The notes under the pieces are model-generated. The model was given only the letters and a program-made list of their open reading frames with translations, did no database searches and was not told where the DNA came from. The position numbers and the translations under genes are program-made. DNA of 63,204 nt from Candidatus Micrarchaeota archaeon. GTDB lineage: Archaea; Micrarchaeota; Micrarchaeia; Micrarchaeales; CABMGC01. The DNA is taken from NCBI GenBank assembly GCA_021812185.1, contig JAKAON010000002.1, forward strand, positions 1 through 63,204, read 5' to 3'. Below are positions 44,755 through 54,755 of this stretch, one piece after another (positions within the stretch are counted from its first letter, which is position 1; each line of letters opens with the position of its first letter).

Positions 44755-45795
44755 GTGGAATGGAAGTTTGGTGAAGGACCAATAAAGACAGATGGTTTAT
44801 TCAAAAGAGTGGAGGTAGACGGGGAAAAATTAACCCTGCACCTAGTTGGAGGGGCAGTCATAGAAATAAACGATTATTACAAGAAGGTAGACAAGACAAA
44901 AGGCGCAAGCATAGCTGAAGACAGGCCAAAGGTGACCTACGATAAAAAACAAATTGAAGCCATAATGGACCAAATAGAGCTGGTCATGGCGAAAAATTAT
45001 AGGGAGTATTCGCAGGAATTGCATGAACCATTGCTAAGCAACATGATAGCCCTTGAAAGGTATGCAATGACGCTTGAAATGATAGGCATGCGATACGATG
45101 CAGCATACAACTACCAGTATATGGCAGATGACCTATTATGCGCTCGGGCAGGAGTGGGCATTGCGACCAAGTTCGTGAAAAAGGCACAGGAGCTAAACGA
45201 TGAATGGAAAATGGACAATGGAGTAAATAGGACGGGAGTGGATGAACAAGTCAGGTATTTTATCGATGTATTTGGCGCGCTCTCTAAAATCGACCCTAAG
45301 GCACTAAAAGAGATGGACGAAGAGCTTAGAGGATATGATGCATATAAAATATATCCGGAGGACATCCCGCTATTGGATGTTAGCAGTGGCACTATGCGCA
45401 TCTCTACAGATCCGGATGACGTAAGAAAACATTATGACAAGTTCTTTGATTTACTGCTCTCGGACGAATATGTAGCAATGGCAAAAGTTTGGGTAGCGAC
45501 GCATCTTGAGGCAGGCGATGACGTTAGTATGCTTTCTGGAATAAGCGAACACGTGAGGTGCTGCCTGAGATTGTTCGAGCTTGAAAAATTATATCGCCAA
45601 AACACGGAAGCTGAGAATTTGAATGTTAATGCCAGCATCATTCCAGCTAAATACTTGGACATGGCACGGGCCGTGTTTCAAAACGCGCAAAAAGCATTCG
45701 ATATTTGGACACCATCTCAACAGGCTATAGATGATGGCAGCTACCAATCGATAGGGAATGGGCTAATAAAATTGAAGAATGCATTATATGAATAG
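44755..45795 (+). CDS. Hypothetical protein embedded in the TCA gene cluster
   Basis: No motif recognised. The ORF track starts it at 44662, inside mdh. The in-frame GTG at 44755 lies 32 nt after the mdh stop and is the more plausible start. Confidence 0.5.
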   Translation: MEWKFGEGPIKTDGLFKRVEVDGEKLTLHLVGGAVIEINDYYKKVDKTKGASIAEDRPKVTYDKKQIEAIMDQIELVMAKNYREYSQELHEPLLSNMIALERYAMTLEMIGMRYDAAYNYQYMADDLLCARAGVGIATKFVKKAQELNDEWKMDNGVNRTGVDEQVRYFIDVFGALSKIDPKALKEMDEELRGYDAYKIYPEDIPLLDVSSGTMRISTDPDDVRKHYDKFFDLLLSDEYVAMAKVWVATHLEAGDDVSMLSGISEHVRCCLRLFELEKLYRQNTEAENLNVNASIIPAKYLDMARAVFQNAQKAFDIWTPSQQAIDDGSYQSIGNGLIKLKNALYE

Positions 45796-45944
45796 CGGTG
45801 TTCAGGTGGTTAGGTAGGCGATATTTGGATCGTTGCAATATCCAAAACGTTTTGAGTTGTAAAAAGTGCGCATAAGGCTAGACAATTAAGAGGCATGTGC
45901 ATATCCGAATATTTGATGGGTTGGGCATATTTATTGGTGAAAAA

Positions 45945-47090
45945 ATGGCACAGGACATGGAAAAGACGAACGAATTTAAAAAGGGGCTTGAGGGAGTTGT
46001 TGCTGGCGATTCCAGGATATGCTTGGTTAATGGAGAGGAAGGCAAACTTTACTATAGAGGATATAGGATAGAGGACCTTGCACAAAACTGTTCTTTCGAA
46101 GAAGTAGCATACCTTATGTTGTATAGCAAACTGCCCAACAAGAAAGAGCTTGCGAAATTTTCAAAGGGACTTGCCAAGGCAAGAAAGCTTCCAAAAGAGG
46201 TAATAAAGATAATAAAGCTCAAGGCAAAGAGCGCTAATTCGATGGAAGTCCTAAGGACTGCAGTTAGTGCGCTTGCGGCAAATCAGCCAGAGGTAGACAA
46301 GCTTACGAAAGACGAACAGATCGGTGCAGGAATTTCACTTATAGCAAAGATGCCTGTAATAATTGCATTCTGCAACAGGCTAAAGAAGGACATGGAGATC
46401 GTGAAGCCTGATCCAAAGCTTGGCCATGCGGCAAACTTCCTATACATGCTCTATGGAAGGACCCCTAGCGAAACTGAAACGAAAGGGATGGATATGGACT
46501 TTGTACTGCATGCTGAGCATAGTTTCAACGCATCTACATTTTCAGTTAGGATAACAGTATCCACTTTGAGTGATATGTATTCGGCTTTTACTACGGGAAT
46601 CGGGGTGCTGAAGGGCCCTTTGCACGGAGGTGCTGCACAGGAGGTTGGTGCCATGATGCTCGATATAAAAAACCCGGCCAATACAGATGGATATATCAAC
46701 AACATACTTTCGCAGCATGGAAAAGTGATGGGATTCGGACATAGGATATACAAAACATACGACCCAAGAGCAAGAATATTGAACGGTATGGCAAGAAAAA
46801 TGAGCGAGGAAAAAAAGGATATGGCTTGGTATGATATAGCGCAGAAGATAGAGAGGATAATGCAGGAAAAGAAGAATTTATACCCTAATGTGGATTTTTA
46901 TTCTGCGATAGTCTATAAGCAGCTCGGCATTGAGATGGAAATGAATCCGGCAATATTTGCAATTGGAAGGAGCGCAGGATGGGTGGCGCACGTGATGGAA
47001 CAATATGGAGATAACAGGTTGATTAGGCCGCTTGACAATTATATTGGGGATATCGGCCTAAAGTTTGTTCCGATAGATAGTAGGAAGTAG
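45945..47090 (+). CDS. gltA: Citrate synthase
   Basis: GLEGVVAGDS.I..V......L.YRGY.IEDLA, HAEHSFNASTF and GFGHRIYKTYDPRA are citrate synthase signatures. The start is at ATG 45945 (MAQDMEK), giving 381 aa, typical for archaeal enzymes. Confidence 0.9.
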   Translation: MAQDMEKTNEFKKGLEGVVAGDSRICLVNGEEGKLYYRGYRIEDLAQNCSFEEVAYLMLYSKLPNKKELAKFSKGLAKARKLPKEVIKIIKLKAKSANSMEVLRTAVSALAANQPEVDKLTKDEQIGAGISLIAKMPVIIAFCNRLKKDMEIVKPDPKLGHAANFLYMLYGRTPSETETKGMDMDFVLHAEHSFNASTFSVRITVSTLSDMYSAFTTGIGVLKGPLHGGAAQEVGAMMLDIKNPANTDGYINNILSQHGKVMGFGHRIYKTYDPRARILNGMARKMSEEKKDMAWYDIAQKIERIMQEKKNLYPNVDFYSAIVYKQLGIEMEMNPAIFAIGRSAGWVAHVMEQYGDNRLIRPLDNYIGDIGLKFVPIDSRK

Positions 47091-47094
47091 TTTT

Positions 47095-48177
47095 ATGGAG
47101 CATGAAATAACTTTGATACAAGGAGATGGGATAGGGCCGGAGGTGACGCATGCTGCAAGGATGTGCGTGGACGCGCTTGGGAAGTCAAACGGGTTTAACG
47201 TATATTGGGATGTTCAGCCGGCCGGAGCGGATGCGTTGAAAAAATATGGTTCGCTGCTTCCTGAACGGACTTTGGATTCTATAAGAAGAAACAAGGTTGC
47301 ACTGAAAGGACCTATAACAACACCTATAGGAGGTGGGTTTCGCAGTGTGAATGTCGCATTGAGGCAGGAGCTTGACCTTTTTGCAAATGTAAGACCAGTA
47401 AGGACATTTGAAGGCACAAAATCAAGATATTCCAACATAGATCTTGTTATAATACGCGAGAATACTGAAGATTTATATGCAGGAATAGAGTTTAAGGCAG
47501 GGAGCAAAGACGCGAAGGATATGATAAAATTCGTGAAATCAAAGTCGTCCAAAGAAGTTCGCGCTGGCAGCGCACTTGCCATTAAGCCCATTTCTTCTTT
47601 TGCAAGCAGGCGAATAGCAAAATTCGCGTTTGAATATGCCAAAATTAAGGGCAGGAAAAAAGTGACCGCAGTGCATAAGGCAAATATAATGAAGTATACT
47701 GATGGCCTTTTCCTAAAGAGCGCGCAATCGGTGGCCCGCAACTACAAGGATATAGAGTTCGAAAGCAAGATTGTTGACGACATGTGCATGCAGCTTGTAG
47801 TAAAGCCGGATGAGTATGACATGCTTTTGTGCCCGAATCTTTACGGAGACATAATATCGGACTTATGTGCAGGGCTAGTTGGCGGGCTTGGTATGGCTCC
47901 AGGAGGCAACATAGGGAAGAGAGCAGCAGTATTTGAACCTGTGCACGGAAGCGCACCCAAGCATGCAGGAAAGAACGACGTTAATCCAGTAGCATGCATA
48001 CTTGCTGCGGCAATGATGCTCGGAAATATTGGAGAGCATAAATCCCAATTAGAACTCGAACATGCAGTTGCGAAAGTGATAAAAGATGGAAAGAAAGTCA
48101 CGTACGACCTTGCCAAAGGAAAGGCGGTGGGCACAAAGGAGATGACAATGGAGATACTCAAAGAGATCACTAAATGA
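47095..48177 (+). CDS. icd: Isocitrate dehydrogenase (isocitrate/isopropylmalate dehydrogenase family, short form)
   Basis: 360 aa. Motifs are ITLIQGDGIGPEV, FRSVNVALRQELDLFANVRP, IIRENTEDLY and NLYGDIISDLCAGLVGGLG. The substrate is assigned from its position between citrate synthase and aconitase. Confidence 0.75.
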   Translation: MEHEITLIQGDGIGPEVTHAARMCVDALGKSNGFNVYWDVQPAGADALKKYGSLLPERTLDSIRRNKVALKGPITTPIGGGFRSVNVALRQELDLFANVRPVRTFEGTKSRYSNIDLVIIRENTEDLYAGIEFKAGSKDAKDMIKFVKSKSSKEVRAGSALAIKPISSFASRRIAKFAFEYAKIKGRKKVTAVHKANIMKYTDGLFLKSAQSVARNYKDIEFESKIVDDMCMQLVVKPDEYDMLLCPNLYGDIISDLCAGLVGGLGMAPGGNIGKRAAVFEPVHGSAPKHAGKNDVNPVACILAAAMMLGNIGEHKSQLELEHAVAKVIKDGKKVTYDLAKGKAVGTKEMTMEILKEITK

Positions 48178-50984
48178 GGCGAAAAAACATGCCAGGTGAA
48201 AAAAAAGAATTGCATAGCAGCTGGAACACGCTGCAGGAGATTACGCTGCAAGGAGGCAAGGTAATAAAATATTATTCGCTGCCGCAACTTGAGGTGGAAG
48301 GCGTCGGCAAAATATCGAAGCTTCCTTTCTCGATAAGGATAGTTATAGAATCGTTGCTGCGCAACATGGACGGCAAGGAGATATTTGAAGAAGATGTGAT
48401 TGCCCTTGCAAACTGGAATGCCAAATCGCCTGTAGACAAAGATATTCCATTCAAGGTTTCACGAGTGCTGATGCAGGACTTTACTGGAGTGCCCGCAGTT
48501 GTGGATCTTGCAGCCATACGGGAGTACGTAACCAAACGCGGGAAGGATCCAAAATCAGTAGAGCCGCTCATGAAGGTTGACTTGATAATCGATCACTCAG
48601 TGCAAGTCGATGCATTTAGGGTGCTTGACGCATTGCAGATAAACCAGAAGATGGAAATGGAAAGGAATATCGAAAGATACAAATTACTAAAATGGGCAAG
48701 CGAGGCATTCGAGAACTTCAGGGTCTTTCCGCCTTCTGCAGGCATATGCCATCAGGTAAATCTTGAATATCTTGCGACATGCGTAGATTCCAGGAATTAC
48801 GGATCATTTGACCTTGCATTTCCAGATACATTAGTCGGAACAGACTCGCATACGACAATGATAGACGGACTTGGGATAGTCGGTTTTGGGGTTGGAGGCA
48901 TAGAGGCTGAAGCTGCACTGTTGAACCAACCAGTGTCTTTTACCACGCCAAGAGTATTTGGTGTAAAATTGACAGGGCGATTAAACGAGGGGGTCACGGC
49001 AACAGATCTTGCCCTTGAGATGACAAGGATGCTGCGCGAAGCCAACGTTGTTGGAGCTTTTGTAGAATTTTTTGGAGAAGGAGTAAAGGAGCTTTCTCTC
49101 CCGGATAGGGCAACGATATCGAACATGTGCCCCGAATATGGAGCTACGATATCGATATTTCCTGTAGACGATGAGACGCTGAATTATTTGAGGAATACTG
49201 GAAGAAGTGAGGATAGGATAGAGCTTATTAGGAGGTACTATGAAGCTCAAAGGATGCTTGATATCGATTACAACTTTGTTGAATTCAGTTCCGTCATGGA
49301 GCTTGATCTTGGAAGCATAGTACCAAGCGTGTCTGGACCTAGCAACCCGAAGCAGACAGTGCCGCTCGGGGAGATAGCATCGACTTTCAGCAAAGCGTTT
49401 ATCAACAACAGCGGGCATGAAGTTGAAGGCAAGCAGGACGATATTAGGCTTGGAAATGAAGCACAATTTATTGATGTAACGCAAGCTTCATCCCCAGGCG
49501 TGCCGAAATCAAGCAAGGCGAGTGTAAGATATGAGGATGGCACTGAGACTACGCTTGCAAATGGCGATGTGGTCATAGCTGCGATAACAAGCTGCACAAA
49601 CACCAGCAACCCCATGGTGATGATAGGAGCAGGATTACTTGCAAAGAAGGCAGTTGAAAGAGGGCTAACAGTGCCAAGGAATGTCAAGACTAGCCTTGCA
49701 CCAGGGTCAAGGGTAGTTACTGCATATTTGGATAAAGCAGGGCTAATCGAACCGTTATATAAGCTGGGATTTGAGCTAGTGGGATATGGTTGCACGACAT
49801 GCATAGGCAATAGCGGACCGCTCCCTGCGCCAATATCGAAGGCCATAGTAGAGAGCAAGATATCTGTTGCGAGCGTACTTTCAGGGAACAGGAACTACGA
49901 ATCTAGAATCCATAGCGAAGTGAGCGGTAACTATTTGATGAGCCCTGCGCTCGTAGTTGCATTTGCTATAGCAGGCACAGTTATGAAAGACCTAACAAAA
50001 GAGCCACTTGGCATCGGCAACGATGGGAATCCCGTCTACCTTAAGGATATATGGCCAAGCCAAAAAGAGATCGGGGATATCTTGTCACGCACGCTAGACA
50101 TAGACATGTTCCATGAAAAATACAAGGACAATCTTCAAAACGTCAATGACTATTGGAATGGTTTAGAATATCCGCACGGCCTTATGTATAAATGGGAAGA
50201 GAGCAGCACGTACATACAATTGCCCCCTTTCTTCGAAAATTTCGAGCCTAATCAAGAACGTCTCATTTCCCCGCTTAAAAATGCCAGGGTGCTTGCGCTT
50301 TTCGGCGACTCAGTCTCAACAGACCATATATCACCTGCAGGCGCCATATCCCAAGTTAGCCCTGCAGGAAAATACCTGATTGAACATGGAATCGCAGCTG
50401 CGGATTTCAACACTTACGGAAGCAGGAGAGGAAATGACAAAGTGATGGTTAGGGGCACATTTGCAAATAATCGAATAAAGAATTTGCTAGTACCTGGAGT
50501 TGATGGAGGATACACACTTCACTTTCCGGACGGCGAGAACATGTCCATATATGATGCTGCCATGAAGTATAAGACCGAAGGAATTTCGGCTATAGTAATA
50601 GCGGGGATAGAGTACGGATCCGGTAGCTCCAGGGACTGGGCAGCGAAGGGTCCGATGCTCATGGGAGTTAAGGCCGTTATCGCAAAGAGCTTCGAGAGGA
50701 TACATAGGTCGAATCTGATAGGAATGGGTATAATGCCTCTCCAATTCGAGAATGGAGAAGATGCATCATCTTTGGGTATCGATTGTTCAAAAGTTGTAAC
50801 TATAGAGCTTTCAAACGAGATGAAGCCGCGCGAAAGGATAAAGATAGTATACACAAAGAAAGGCGAAAATACCGAGAGCTATGGTTACGTTACGTCCAGG
50901 ATAGATGCACCGATAGAGATGGAGTATTATAGAGCCGGAGGCGTGCTGAATTATGTGATACGCAGGATAATAAATGGTTCGTGA
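48174..50984 (+). CDS. acnA: Aconitate hydratase (AcnA/IRP type)
   Basis: 936 aa. Motifs are ICHQVNLEYL, GTDSHTTMIDGLG, ITSCTNTSNP and GCTTCIGNSG (the Fe-S ligand cysteines). The ATG overlaps the icd stop (ATGA). Confidence 0.9.
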   Translation: MRRKNMPGEKKELHSSWNTLQEITLQGGKVIKYYSLPQLEVEGVGKISKLPFSIRIVIESLLRNMDGKEIFEEDVIALANWNAKSPVDKDIPFKVSRVLMQDFTGVPAVVDLAAIREYVTKRGKDPKSVEPLMKVDLIIDHSVQVDAFRVLDALQINQKMEMERNIERYKLLKWASEAFENFRVFPPSAGICHQVNLEYLATCVDSRNYGSFDLAFPDTLVGTDSHTTMIDGLGIVGFGVGGIEAEAALLNQPVSFTTPRVFGVKLTGRLNEGVTATDLALEMTRMLREANVVGAFVEFFGEGVKELSLPDRATISNMCPEYGATISIFPVDDETLNYLRNTGRSEDRIELIRRYYEAQRMLDIDYNFVEFSSVMELDLGSIVPSVSGPSNPKQTVPLGEIASTFSKAFINNSGHEVEGKQDDIRLGNEAQFIDVTQASSPGVPKSSKASVRYEDGTETTLANGDVVIAAITSCTNTSNPMVMIGAGLLAKKAVERGLTVPRNVKTSLAPGSRVVTAYLDKAGLIEPLYKLGFELVGYGCTTCIGNSGPLPAPISKAIVESKISVASVLSGNRNYESRIHSEVSGNYLMSPALVVAFAIAGTVMKDLTKEPLGIGNDGNPVYLKDIWPSQKEIGDILSRTLDIDMFHEKYKDNLQNVNDYWNGLEYPHGLMYKWEESSTYIQLPPFFENFEPNQERLISPLKNARVLALFGDSVSTDHISPAGAISQVSPAGKYLIEHGIAAADFNTYGSRRGNDKVMVRGTFANNRIKNLLVPGVDGGYTLHFPDGENMSIYDAAMKYKTEGISAIVIAGIEYGSGSSRDWAAKGPMLMGVKAVIAKSFERIHRSNLIGMGIMPLQFENGEDASSLGIDCSKVVTIELSNEMKPRERIKIVYTKKGENTESYGYVTSRIDAPIEMEYYRAGGVLNYVIRRIINGS

Positions 50985-51042
50985 TTCTTAATTGGAACAC
51001 GATATTGCGCGGGTAGTATGTTTGCGGCTGGAATCAGTTTGG

Positions 51043-52170
51043 TTAGCGATTTATTTTGCGTGCAGTTGATTTCCTCTTCGGAGTTTTTGAAATTGAAGCC
51101 TTGCGCATCGTTGCATGCGCCTTTGTAGCTACAATTCTCTTCGGCATGACTGCGCCTAGTATAGCAAGTATTGGTCCTGCCATAAAGCCGGTACTGCTGA
51201 TGATTCCAAGCAAACCTATCAATATTAGGCTATTGCTATGCAAACTCTTATCTGACTGCCGATTTGATTCATTATCAATAGGCACCATAAGGGCAAGTAT
51301 GCCAAGTATTATCCCTATTAGTATTGGGACAGCACTTATCAGAACTGCGTTAAATGACCCTGTTTTATATACGTACAGCAGAGCCTGCATAAGCATCGTA
51401 AGCGAACATCCGAACAGGAATATGGCAGCGAATATTATTATCCAGAAACGGAAGTTGCTAAGCTTATTCCAGTCACCCCAGTATTTTTTGAGCACTGCAA
51501 TTTGACCAACTATGAAAACTAGCACAATTGGAAGTAGTACAAACCAAAGGGGCTCTTGTTCCCATGCGTATATGCCGATGGATTTTGCGCTTAAAGTTAT
51601 CCAGTCACCAGGAGTTAAGGTATAGTTTGATGACGAAGATAGCTCGTACGTTGAATTTGCTTGGCCATTGAATACTGCAATGTAGTATGTAGAATTTTGA
51701 TATGCAGTTAGTGAAGTTGAGACAAGTATATTTGTTTCTGAAGGTATGACTGGGTTGTAGTTTGACGGTGCAGTTGTAGAATCGGCAGGGAATACTGCAC
51801 CATATCCTAGAGGCACATAAAGGCCTGGCGATACATCCTTAACGGAGTTGAGCGAAGGGCCTATCAGTGCAAGCTGCGGATAGGAGGATGTGTTCTGATT
51901 CGAAGGTACCGAAAGAAACACGCCTACGCTCTCGCCTTTGTTTAGGTATATTGAGTAGTATTGTGCGGATCCCGCGCTGTTGAATTTTCCATAAAATGAC
52001 CACTGCTGCGAATTTGGCGATATTGGAATTGCATTGCCAAAATTCGTATTTGACCCATTGATGAACAGCATAGTGGCTCCAGAGATGGATATTAGAACTA
52101 AAGTCAGGAGGAGCATTGCAAGAGCGCTTGCATGCATACTTTTATGAAAACTTGTTTTCATAATTTGCAC
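51043..52170 (-). CDS. Hypothetical membrane protein: signal anchor, PPC-like beta ectodomain, C-terminal multi-TM region
   Basis: 375 aa. The segment FGNAIPIS..WSFYGKFNSAGSAQYYSIYLNKGESVGVFLSV resembles a pre-peptidase C-terminal-type domain. The C-terminal half has about 5 TM helices and a basic tail. Confidence 0.5.
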   Translation of the reverse strand: MQIMKTSFHKSMHASALAMLLLTLVLISISGATMLFINGSNTNFGNAIPISPNSQQWSFYGKFNSAGSAQYYSIYLNKGESVGVFLSVPSNQNTSSYPQLALIGPSLNSVKDVSPGLYVPLGYGAVFPADSTTAPSNYNPVIPSETNILVSTSLTAYQNSTYYIAVFNGQANSTYELSSSSNYTLTPGDWITLSAKSIGIYAWEQEPLWFVLLPIVLVFIVGQIAVLKKYWGDWNKLSNFRFWIIIFAAIFLFGCSLTMLMQALLYVYKTGSFNAVLISAVPILIGIILGILALMVPIDNESNRQSDKSLHSNSLILIGLLGIISSTGFMAGPILAILGAVMPKRIVATKAHATMRKASISKTPKRKSTARKINR

Positions 52171-52350
52171 ATTTTGCTACCTTTCGCAGAAACTTTGGCG
52201 AAGATACGCATAGTTTCTGGGAACTCTTTACATGGACATTGCACCTTAATGCAGTCCAGTTATGAATATTATGGATGAAAAGGCACATATATCTTTCTGC
52301 CGTTCTACCTCGCCAATAATGCCATAGTATATAAAGCATAAACCAGAGAT

Positions 52351-53274
52351 ATGTTAATGGATGAGCACATGAAGGATGTAAGGATAATAGGTTTTCCTAT
52401 ATCGCTAGGCAGCGGCAAGATGGGTACGGAACTTGGACCAAATGCCCTAAGGTATTCAGGACTCGTCAAGAATTTAGAGACGATTGGGCTACATGTCGAA
52501 GACCAGGGAGATATTGGAGTTGACAATGGAAATGACCCGCGCAGCGCAAGAAACGCAAAGAATCTCTCTAAGATATTGAAATATGACAAACTCCTCTCAG
52601 AAAGAGTGTCAAATGCACTTACTAGGGACAAATTTCCTCTTATACTGGGAGGGGATCATAGCATGGCTATAGGCTCGCTTGCTGGGCTTTCCGATTACGC
52701 AAATAAGAAATGCGGAGTCATATATTTTGATGCACACGCTGATTTCAACACTCCGCAAACTACCACTACAGGTAATGTGCATGGAATGCCTCTTGCGCTT
52801 GCTAGCGGGCAATATGAAGATTCGGGAGAGATGATGCTGCAAACAGCATATGCAGATCCAAAGAAGATAGTGGTAATTGGAGCAAGATCTATAGATAAAA
52901 GGGAATATGAGTTAATGGCCGAAGCAGGCGTACAGGTTTTTACAGCAGAAGATATAGAAAGGGAGGGAATTTCTAATATAACTGGAAAGGCGATAAAGAT
53001 CGCTTCGCGCGGAGGGACTCCGGTGCATGTGAGCGTAGATGTTGATGTTATTGACCCTGCATTTGTCCATGGAACTGGCACCCCGGTATTAGGGGGGTTG
53101 GTAACTAGGGAGATGAAACTGGCACTTAGCGATATTCACAAATCTGGAGCAATGAATTCCTTTGAGATAGCTGAAGTGAACCCGTCCCTTGACAAGAACA
53201 ATATGACAGTGGCAATTGCACTTGAACTGACTCTTACAGCACTTGGGAAGAAAACATACGAGTCGTTATTATAG
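52351..53274 (+). CDS. Arginase-family (ureohydrolase) enzyme, arginase-like
   Basis: 307 aa. The Mn-binding motifs are GGDHSMAIGS, IYFDAHADFNTP and VSVDVDVIDP. Confidence 0.8.
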   Translation: MLMDEHMKDVRIIGFPISLGSGKMGTELGPNALRYSGLVKNLETIGLHVEDQGDIGVDNGNDPRSARNAKNLSKILKYDKLLSERVSNALTRDKFPLILGGDHSMAIGSLAGLSDYANKKCGVIYFDAHADFNTPQTTTTGNVHGMPLALASGQYEDSGEMMLQTAYADPKKIVVIGARSIDKREYELMAEAGVQVFTAEDIEREGISNITGKAIKIASRGGTPVHVSVDVDVIDPAFVHGTGTPVLGGLVTREMKLALSDIHKSGAMNSFEIAEVNPSLDKNNMTVAIALELTLTALGKKTYESLL

Positions 53275-53296
53275 CAAAGGTGGCAAATCTGCGCCA

Positions 53297-54397
53297 TTAC
53301 GGCCTTTGCATAGTGCCGCAGTCCATATAGTATATATCGAAACTTTTTCCGCTTTGTCCAAGGCGTGAAGTTGCAGCTCTAACTTCTTGATAGCGTTTTT
53401 TACCATGCCTTTTTGATTCAACCAAATCCATGGCGCGATGAGGGATATTAGATATGGAATATGTGTGCCCATTTATTCCAGCGTAATTTCCCTCAGTAGG
53501 ACCAGAGTATATGAATTGATCCCTGCCAAAACCAGCAAGAAGAGATGGTACGGGGATAGTCTTGCCGTTTTTGATTTTGTACAGTTCCTGAACCTCTTCG
53601 ACCCATTCTGCAGATTTTCTTGATGCATCGTATTTCACAGTCTTAGAAAACTCTTGGTTTTTGGTGATATCGATTATGTAAATGTTCCAGATGTGCTTAT
53701 TTTGGTTGACCAGGCTTATTCGCGCTGATATTGTATCTCCAGGTGAAGGGTTAATCTTGGACAGAGGTATTGCAACAGAGTATGCAGGCAGCATCTCGTA
53801 CCAAGTGTAATAATTTACCTTTGTGCTGCTGAAATCTTCTTCTGTACCTACTTGGATAAGATTCCCGGTGCCTTTAGCCCCACTTATGCCTACCCACTGC
53901 ACCGACGTATATGAAGGGCCATAGATATTGTTTTTTCCAGGAATAGTATCACAGCCCTTCCATACGCTGTGCACTTTCCAGGTTCCGGTTATTGAGGTAA
54001 ATACTGATTTGGGATGCACAAAATTATCTTCAGAGATGTATCCTGACCAGTTAGTATTATATTCTGCCTTATTGAGAGAGTATATTGACAGGTAGTCGTG
54101 TTTCTTTGCGTTTTTATGCGCCAGGGCATCGGCTAACTGGAACTGTTGGATGTTGTAATTGGTATTTGCGCGGGAGCTATCTGGTGCATAGCCTTGAAAT
54201 GTTGAAATGGCAATTACTGCAGTTAATGCCAATGCAGCAACAGGCTTGCACAATCTAAATGCAGATGTTAGGGCATGCGACAAGGCAGGCGAGTTACGTG
54301 ATTTTTGAGGTGCGTCTTTTTCCACCAGTGCTGCTTGACGTGCAGTGACTAAACATTCTGCAGGCTTTGAGGTTTTTTGAAGCCCATTATTGTGCAT
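53297..54397 (-). CDS. Family G1 glutamic peptidase (eqolisin)-like secreted protease
   Basis: 366 aa. Motifs are TNWSGY, VQWVGISG, LIQVGTE (candidate catalytic Gln), YYTWYEMLP and SAEWVEEV (candidate catalytic Glu). The N-terminus has a hydrophobic anchor (VAALALTAVIAISTF). Confidence 0.7.
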   Translation of the reverse strand: MHNNGLQKTSKPAECLVTARQAALVEKDAPQKSRNSPALSHALTSAFRLCKPVAALALTAVIAISTFQGYAPDSSRANTNYNIQQFQLADALAHKNAKKHDYLSIYSLNKAEYNTNWSGYISEDNFVHPKSVFTSITGTWKVHSVWKGCDTIPGKNNIYGPSYTSVQWVGISGAKGTGNLIQVGTEEDFSSTKVNYYTWYEMLPAYSVAIPLSKINPSPGDTISARISLVNQNKHIWNIYIIDITKNQEFSKTVKYDASRKSAEWVEEVQELYKIKNGKTIPVPSLLAGFGRDQFIYSGPTEGNYAGINGHTYSISNIPHRAMDLVESKRHGKKRYQEVRAATSRLGQSGKSFDIYYMDCGTMQRP

Positions 54398-54591
54398 GTG
54401 AATAATTCATTTCTGCCATATTTAAGCTTAATTCGCATATCGTCTATCACCGCATTTTAAGGTGCATTGGCTGCTTTGGGATAATGGATAGATCATACCT
54501 AATGGGATTGGCGAGGTCAAAAAATTTTTATATACGTTCCAGGTAGTTAGTAATATATATGTGTGGATTTAAGACTACTAGCAGTTGTAAG

Positions 54592-54634
54592 CGAATTTTG
54601 CGGTTTCTTGACTATCTTGAAACCCTGCAATTCG
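54592..54634 (+). promoter_or_regulatory. Long imperfect hairpin in the leader region upstream of the DEAD-box helicase gene
   Basis: CGAATTTTGCGGTTTC-ttgactatctt-GAAACCCTGCAATTCG has 14 of 16 positions paired, including G:U pairs. A TTTATATA box at 54527..54534 lies upstream. Confidence 0.35.
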
Positions 54635-54755
54635 TTTGGCAGCAATAGTAAAAGAAGTAGATTGACCAACAAACATCTGCGCTCGATTTTTCGAATGCAG
54701 CGCTCTCCTTCTTTTGTTTTTTACGTTTGGTGTAAATTTGAAACAGTTTTCGGAA

